Source: an uncultured delta proteobacterium
GTDB lineage: Bacteria; Myxococcota_A; Polyangia; Polyangiales; Ga0077539
Assembly: GCA_903860995.1 (NCBI GenBank)
Contig: CAIOSS010000681.1
Span: 1 to 32,015 of the forward strand
DNA length: 32,015 nt
Reading direction: 5' to 3'
Position 1 is the stretch's first letter; the number at the start of each line of letters is the position of its first letter. Of the stretch, positions 26,984 through 32,015 are shown piece after piece. The translations under genes were made by a program, and so were the position numbers. The notes under the pieces were generated by a model, which saw only the letters and a list, made by a program, of their open reading frames with translations, did not search any database and was not told the origin of the DNA.

Positions 26984-29076
26984 CGGGGTAGTGGGGCGAT
27001 GCCGTGCGCGCGCGCGGTCGCGATGTCCTGTGCGTGGAAGTAGGGTGCCCGGCTGCGGGCGTTGGCGACGGCACGAAGCCCGTCGTCGAACGCCGCGTCG
27101 AAGCCGCCGGGCCTGAGGTTCGAGAGGTCGAGGGCCCACACCAGGGGCTCCGAGGCCGCGCCCAGTACGAAGCGCGAACGCACGCCGAGGTAGACCTGTT
27201 CGTCGGTGTAGAGCAGCACGGGCTCCATGCCGACGAGTTCGACGAGGCTCGCGGCGAGCATCGCGACATCGACGGTAGAGCCGCTTCGCGTGCTGAGCAC
27301 CTCGACGCTGCGGCGCATCTGCGTGAGACCGTGGAAGGTCGCCGCGGTGACGGGCGTGACTGCGACACCCCGCGCGACGAGCGTGTCGTACACCGCGCGG
27401 AGGAGGTCTTCGACGACGTCTTCGCGGGTGTTGGAGCGCGACCAACGGACCTCGACAGGCGTCGCGGAGCCCGCCGAGGCTGTAAGCGCGAGCACGTACC
27501 ACCCGGGCGTCCCAGGACGGCGCGTGAGCGCGGCGCCGACCCCGACGCCCGACCAGCGCGCGCTCGCGGCGGCACCGTGGTCGGTGCGCCACGCACCGTA
27601 CTGCGCGGGTGTCAGGAGCGTGAGATCGACCGCGTCCCCGGTGGCCGACAGGATCTGGATGTCGAGCGCCTCTTCGCCCTCGAGGTAGAGGTTCTCGTAG
27701 GCATAGCCCTCGATGGGCACGGTGGCAGAGCGGGTCCAGGTGCCGCGATCGTAGGCCCGCAGGCCAAAGCCGCCGGGAAAGACGCTCAGCGCCTCGACGG
27801 TGCGAAACAGCCCCTCGATCGGTCGCGCGTGCGGCATGACCCAGACGGCGCTGAGTTCGTCCATCGCTTCGCGGCCCACCGCGGCGAAGGGAGGATCCCA
27901 GGTGAAGACATTGCCCGGCAGCAGCGTGGCGGACTGCACGGCGCGCGTCATGGCCGCGGCGGACCCCTGCGCGTCGCGCACGGAGGCCGCGAGCGTGATG
28001 GGCATCGGGGCCCGCAGTTGCGCGAGGTCGGCCACGGCGAAGACCGGGCTCATGCAGGGCGAGGCGTTGACCCGCGGGTTGAGAAAGAACGTGCGCTGCA
28101 CGGCGGCGGAGTACGGCGTCGCTTCGATGGCGAGGCCGACGGCGCGGGGCATCGAGGCCGCCGAGGCCGCGAGCGAGAAGCACACGGACGCGGGCACCAA
28201 GGCGCGGCTGGTGACCTCCGCGTCGCCGTACAGGTGGGCCAGAAACGTCGGAAAATACGGCGAACCACCGGGGTTTGGCAGCAGTCCCGAGCCGAACCGC
28301 ATACTCGCCGCGAAGGGCAGCGCGGCCGCGACGCAGGCGCCGCCCACGCAGTCTTGCCCCGCCGCGCAGGCGTTGTCGCAGCGCCCGCAGTGCCCGAGCG
28401 TTCCGCTCACATCGATGCACGCCGCGGCCGACGCGCACCATGACTGCCCCGGAGCACAGCCGGGCACGCACGCTCCGCCCGCGCAGGTGAGCCCTGCGCC
28501 GCAGTGCTCGCCGCAGATGCCGCAGTGGGCGATGTCCGTAGCCGGATCGACGCAGTGGTTGTCGCAGACGGTGCGCGGCGCGACGCAGCCCCGCGCACAC
28601 GCGCCATCGAGACAGTAGTCTCCCTCGCTGCACGCATGGCCGCAGGCGCCGCAGTGGAGCGGGTCGGCGGTCACATCAACGCACCGACCGCAGTGGGTGC
28701 GCCCCGAGGCGCACGAGGTCGCGGTCGCCGTGCGGGCGTCGCGGGGCGGCGCATCGAGGATGGCCATGCTCGCATCGGCGACGCGCGCATCGCCGTCAGC
28801 AACGGTCGCGTCGGAGCGGCCCCCGCCGTCGCCGGTGCTCGCGTCGGAGATCGATGCGTCCTCCGCGGTGCGGGGCTTACACGTGCACGGGCCGAGGCCA
28901 TCGCCCGAGGGCGCGCAGACCGAAGCCCCCACGGCCCCGCCATCGCAATGGCAAGCCGTCGATTCTCCCGGGATGCACACCCTTTCCCCGTTGCACGCCG
29001 AGCCGCAGATGCTGGATGTCAATACAACAATAACAGCCGCCCAAAAACGTCGCGCCACCTGCGAATGCACGTCCAT
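26980..29076 (-). CDS. Paralogous Cys-rich protein with a degenerate transglutaminase-like domain
   Basis: Same architecture as the neighbour (YAYENxYLE, GWYVL, RSNxREDV..D.LRAVYD), but GSTVDV and DEQVY replace GNCIEG and NTHAL. Confidence 0.85.
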   Translation of the reverse strand: MDVHSQVARRFWAAVIVVLTSSICGSACNGERVCIPGESTACHCDGGAVGASVCAPSGDGLGPCTCKPRTAEDASISDASTGDGGGRSDATVADGDARVADASMAILDAPPRDARTATATSCASGRTHCGRCVDVTADPLHCGACGHACSEGDYCLDGACARGCVAPRTVCDNHCVDPATDIAHCGICGEHCGAGLTCAGGACVPGCAPGQSWCASAAACIDVSGTLGHCGRCDNACAAGQDCVGGACVAAALPFAASMRFGSGLLPNPGGSPYFPTFLAHLYGDAEVTSRALVPASVCFSLAASAASMPRAVGLAIEATPYSAAVQRTFFLNPRVNASPCMSPVFAVADLAQLRAPMPITLAASVRDAQGSAAAMTRAVQSATLLPGNVFTWDPPFAAVGREAMDELSAVWVMPHARPIEGLFRTVEALSVFPGGFGLRAYDRGTWTRSATVPIEGYAYENLYLEGEEALDIQILSATGDAVDLTLLTPAQYGAWRTDHGAAASARWSGVGVGAALTRRPGTPGWYVLALTASAGSATPVEVRWSRSNTREDVVEDLLRAVYDTLVARGVAVTPVTAATFHGLTQMRRSVEVLSTRSGSTVDVAMLAASLVELVGMEPVLLYTDEQVYLGVRSRFVLGAASEPLVWALDLSNLRPGGFDAAFDDGLRAVANARSRAPYFHAQDIATARAHGIAPLPR

Positions 29077-29264
29077 GTCTTCCTATCTGGGCTGACACAT
29101 CGATGCGGCCTCGAGGTCGCTCCGCCGTGGCGCAACCGTCGATGGAGCGCCCGTCGATTCAACGCGAGCCGTGGCGCGTGGCGCAATGTCACCCCGATAT
29201 CACCCGCTCCCCTTCGACGAGCGGACGCGTGAAGGCTACGTTCCTAACGTGGAGGTGGTTTAGG

Positions 29265-30623
29265 ATGCCGCGCGTGGTGGAGCGCTGCGCCGACGACGTG
29301 TTTCAACTCTCGGGTCATCTGCTCGAGGGGCGGTACGCGGTGCATGGAGTCGTCGCCCGCGGCGGTTCGGGCGTTGTCTACAAAGCCACGCGCCTCGACC
29401 TTGGGGTGCCCGTGGCGCTCAAGGTGCTGCACATTCCGCCGCGGCTTCGGGGCGCTTCCGAGGATGCGCTCGTTGAGCGCTTTCGCGTCGAGGCGCGCAT
29501 CCTCGCGGGGCTGCGTCACCATGCCATCGTGCGGGTATACGAGCTCGGCGCGCTCGCCCACGCAGTGGCCCCCAACGGGGGCGTGTGGATGGCCCTCGAG
29601 TGGCTCGACGGCGTCACCCTCGACCGCGATCTCGCCGCTCGCGATGGCCTCGGGCGCTCGCCGCGCGCAGTGTTGGCGCTCCTCGCGCCGGTCTTCGATG
29701 CACTCGCATGCGTGCATGCGCAAGGCATCGCGCACCGCGATGTCAAGCCCGCCAACCTGATGCTCGCGGCCACAGCGCGCGGTGACATCGATCTGCGCGT
29801 GCTCGATTTTGGCATCGCAAAAGTGATGCTCCCCGATGAGTGCGCGGGCACGGGAGTCACCGACACCCGGAGCGATCACGCATCGTTCTCGCTGAGCTAT
29901 TCCGCACCCGAGCAGGTGGCACGCGCGCGGACGGGCCCATGGACCGACGTCCACGCACTCGGCCTGCTCGTGATCGAACTGCTGCTGGGCACCCGCGCCT
30001 ACGCGAGCACGGACAGTTTTTCTCTCTACGGCGAGGTCATGTCTCCCGCGCGCCCCACGACGGCCCGCGGCGGCCGCGATCTGGGCCCGTGGGAGCCGGT
30101 GCTCCGCAAGGCGCTGGCGCTGCAACCAGGCGATCGGTACGCCGCGGCGGGCGCGATGCACGAGGCCCTCGCCGCCACCGTAGACGAAGCCGAGGCGCGC
30201 TGGGCGCGTCGCCTGACGCTCGACGCCGCCCCGCACGGCGGTACGACAGAGGGTTTCGAGGCTCGACGCCGCGGTCCCAGCGCTCGCATCGTCGCGGCGC
30301 TCGCCATCGTGGCGCTCGTGCCGATGGGCTGGCGCGTGCCTCGCGCCCCAGAAAGGCTCGCGACGCCCCGCGTGAGCGTCGCGCCATCCAACGCATACGC
30401 AGCGGTCGCCGATGGGCAAGGCCCCGTGGAGCCCGCCGCTCCAGCGGCTCACGGCCTCGCGACGGGCGGGGCATCCATGGAGCGTGCGGGTGTCGTCCGG
30501 CCCTCGGCGTCGCGTGCTGCGCGTCCCAGAGGCCGACGCACCGCACCCTCGCGCGGGGCGACGACGACGCCGCGGAGCACACCCTCCGTCGAAGTCGTTG
30601 AGCCGGATATCGAGATCGACTGA
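29265..30623 (+). CDS. Hanks-type Ser/Thr protein kinase with one membrane helix
   Basis: GGSGVVY, VALK, HRDVKPAN, LDFGIAK, YSAPEQ and WTDVHALG. GGAGG RBS at 29251-29255. Confidence 0.92.
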   Translation: MPRVVERCADDVFQLSGHLLEGRYAVHGVVARGGSGVVYKATRLDLGVPVALKVLHIPPRLRGASEDALVERFRVEARILAGLRHHAIVRVYELGALAHAVAPNGGVWMALEWLDGVTLDRDLAARDGLGRSPRAVLALLAPVFDALACVHAQGIAHRDVKPANLMLAATARGDIDLRVLDFGIAKVMLPDECAGTGVTDTRSDHASFSLSYSAPEQVARARTGPWTDVHALGLLVIELLLGTRAYASTDSFSLYGEVMSPARPTTARGGRDLGPWEPVLRKALALQPGDRYAAAGAMHEALAATVDEAEARWARRLTLDAAPHGGTTEGFEARRRGPSARIVAALAIVALVPMGWRVPRAPERLATPRVSVAPSNAYAAVADGQGPVEPAAPAAHGLATGGASMERAGVVRPSASRAARPRGRRTAPSRGATTTPRSTPSVEVVEPDIEID

Positions 30624-30624
30624 G

Positions 30625-31482
30625 ATGCGCGAGCCTCTGCGGATTGCGCTCGGGTTCTGGCTTGGGCTCGCTCCCGCTGCGCTCGGCGCCAGGTCGTCGT
30701 ACGCGCAGGAGGGGAGCAACGAGCGCGTGCGCCGCGAACTCATCCTGCGTGCGCAGCGCGCGCGCGGAGCAGGCGATCACCGCGAGGCCCTCGACGCCGC
30801 CACGCGGTCGATGGAGATGCGCAGCTCGCCGTCGATCGAGTATTTCGTCGCGCGGGAACACGACGCCCTCGGCCATCGCGACGAGGCGCACCGACTGGCT
30901 ACGCGCTGCGTACGTGCGGCCGAGACCGAACCCGCCCTGCGCGACCGCGACCTCTTGCTGCGCGCCTGTGCGTCCATCGTCGCGCGCACGGCTCCACCCG
31001 TGGTCGCGGTTCCGGAGCCCGTTCCATGGCCGCGGCCCCCGGTGGGAGCCCCCGCACCTGCGGTCTTCCCAGCCCTCGCGCAGAGCCGTGACCGATCCCC
31101 GACGCTCGCCCCGATGCCTCGACCGGGAGGTGCCCCGCGGCCCCCCGTCGCGGGTCCGTGGATACTGGGTGGCGCAGGCCTCGCGAGCGTCGTGGCATCG
31201 GGCGTACTCTTCGTTGTTGCCGCCGAGGCGCAGCGTGAGCGCGATGCGCTCTGTCCTGCAGCGCCGCTGCACTGTGATCCCGCGGCCGTGGCCTTCGACG
31301 ATCGGTACCGCGCCGCGCTCGTTGCGGGCGACGTGGCGAGCATCGTCGGTGGGGCCGCCCTGCTGACGGGTGCGCTCTGGTGGACCGTGCCCAGGGTGGG
31401 CCATCGCGCAGCCGCGCCGGTGCTCGTGACGGTGCAACGAGGCGGTGGAGCGTTTGCGCTGGGGGCGCGCATCGCGTGGTAG
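30625..31482 (+). CDS. Secreted TPR-like protein with C-terminal hydrophobic segments
   Basis: Signal peptide, helical GDHREAL...SPSIEYFVAREHDALG segment, Pro-rich linker and GPWILGGAGL helix. ATG lies 1 nt after the kinase stop. Confidence 0.7.
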   Translation: MREPLRIALGFWLGLAPAALGARSSYAQEGSNERVRRELILRAQRARGAGDHREALDAATRSMEMRSSPSIEYFVAREHDALGHRDEAHRLATRCVRAAETEPALRDRDLLLRACASIVARTAPPVVAVPEPVPWPRPPVGAPAPAVFPALAQSRDRSPTLAPMPRPGGAPRPPVAGPWILGGAGLASVVASGVLFVVAAEAQRERDALCPAAPLHCDPAAVAFDDRYRAALVAGDVASIVGGAALLTGALWWTVPRVGHRAAAPVLVTVQRGGGAFALGARIAW

Positions 31483-31659
31483 GGCGACGGGTCCGGATGT
31501 GCGGCGTGCACCACGCTCGACGCGCTCCCCAGCGCGACTCGCGGTGCCCGCGTAGGGGCTACTGAAAGGTCGCTCGTCCATCCTGCGGGGGTACGCGTAC
31601 ACCTGCTCGGCGCCGACAAAGGATGCCTTGGCGCAGGCCACCCAGTCGGTTCGGCAGCG

Positions 31660-32015
31660 CGCCGCGTGGATGGGCCGCAGCGTCGTGCGCGTCTACGAGA
31701 ACATCGCCAGCGAGGCCAACTGGACCACCCTCCGCCTCGTGGGTCGCGGCCCGGGCGGCGCCAACCACGCGGCCATCGGGGCCGCAGGTGCGGGTCACCA
31801 CGGGCTCGGTCACCCAGCGCCGCGACGTGCAGGGCAACTGGGGCCTCGCGGGCCTCGGCACCGAGCTCCCGGTGCACGTGGGCCTCGGAAGCAACTGCAC
31901 CCTCGACCGCATCGAGGTGCGCTGGCCCGACGCCGCCCGCACGGTCGAGACCTTCACCGACGTGCGGGCCCACTACGGCCTCGAGATCGTCCAGGGCGCC
32001 GGGCGGGTGCAGTAC
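31660..32015 (+). pseudogene. ASPIC/UnbV C-terminal domain fragment (5'-truncated, frameshifted, runs off the window)
   Basis: VRVYEN...NWTTLRLVG...ANHAAIGA, frameshift near 31783, then QVRVTTG..TQRRDVQG...VHVGLG...IEVRWPD. Confidence 0.75.

Overview
High-GC window, probably from a myxobacterium (Polyangiales-like). This is inferred from the Cys-rich lipoproteins, FG-GAP proteins, Hanks kinases and FHA protein. It has two parts. (1) About 1-16,000 is a mosaic of intact genes (VapC/Phd toxin-antitoxin pair, lipoproteins, GH5 endoglucanase, acyltransferase-3, Ser/Thr kinase, SAM methyltransferase) mixed with many short, unrelated gene fragments. Four co-oriented copies of a ~125-bp structured non-coding repeat (2887, 6704, 11043, 14077) punctuate it every 3-4.3 kb. 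At three of the four copies, genes are cut at the repeat edges and the left and right flanks come from different genes; copy 1 has a non-coding left flank. On the minus strand the repeat ends in TTG(G/A)ACGCCCTATGC(G/A)C, which resembles the oriIS end of IS91/ISCR rolling-circle elements. An IS91-type transposase fragment and a tyrosine-recombinase remnant are also present. My best hypothesis is a non-autonomous, Helitron-like rolling-circle element that repeatedly captures and joins host DNA. (2) About 16,200-31,500 is an intact cluster of secreted proteins (FG-GAP/Cys-rich proteins, two transglutaminase-like paralogs, small lipoproteins). It is bracketed by an FHA protein and a kinase/TPR-like pair and is followed by another truncated fragment (ASPIC/UnbV). 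All family calls come from reading motifs by eye; no searches were run.
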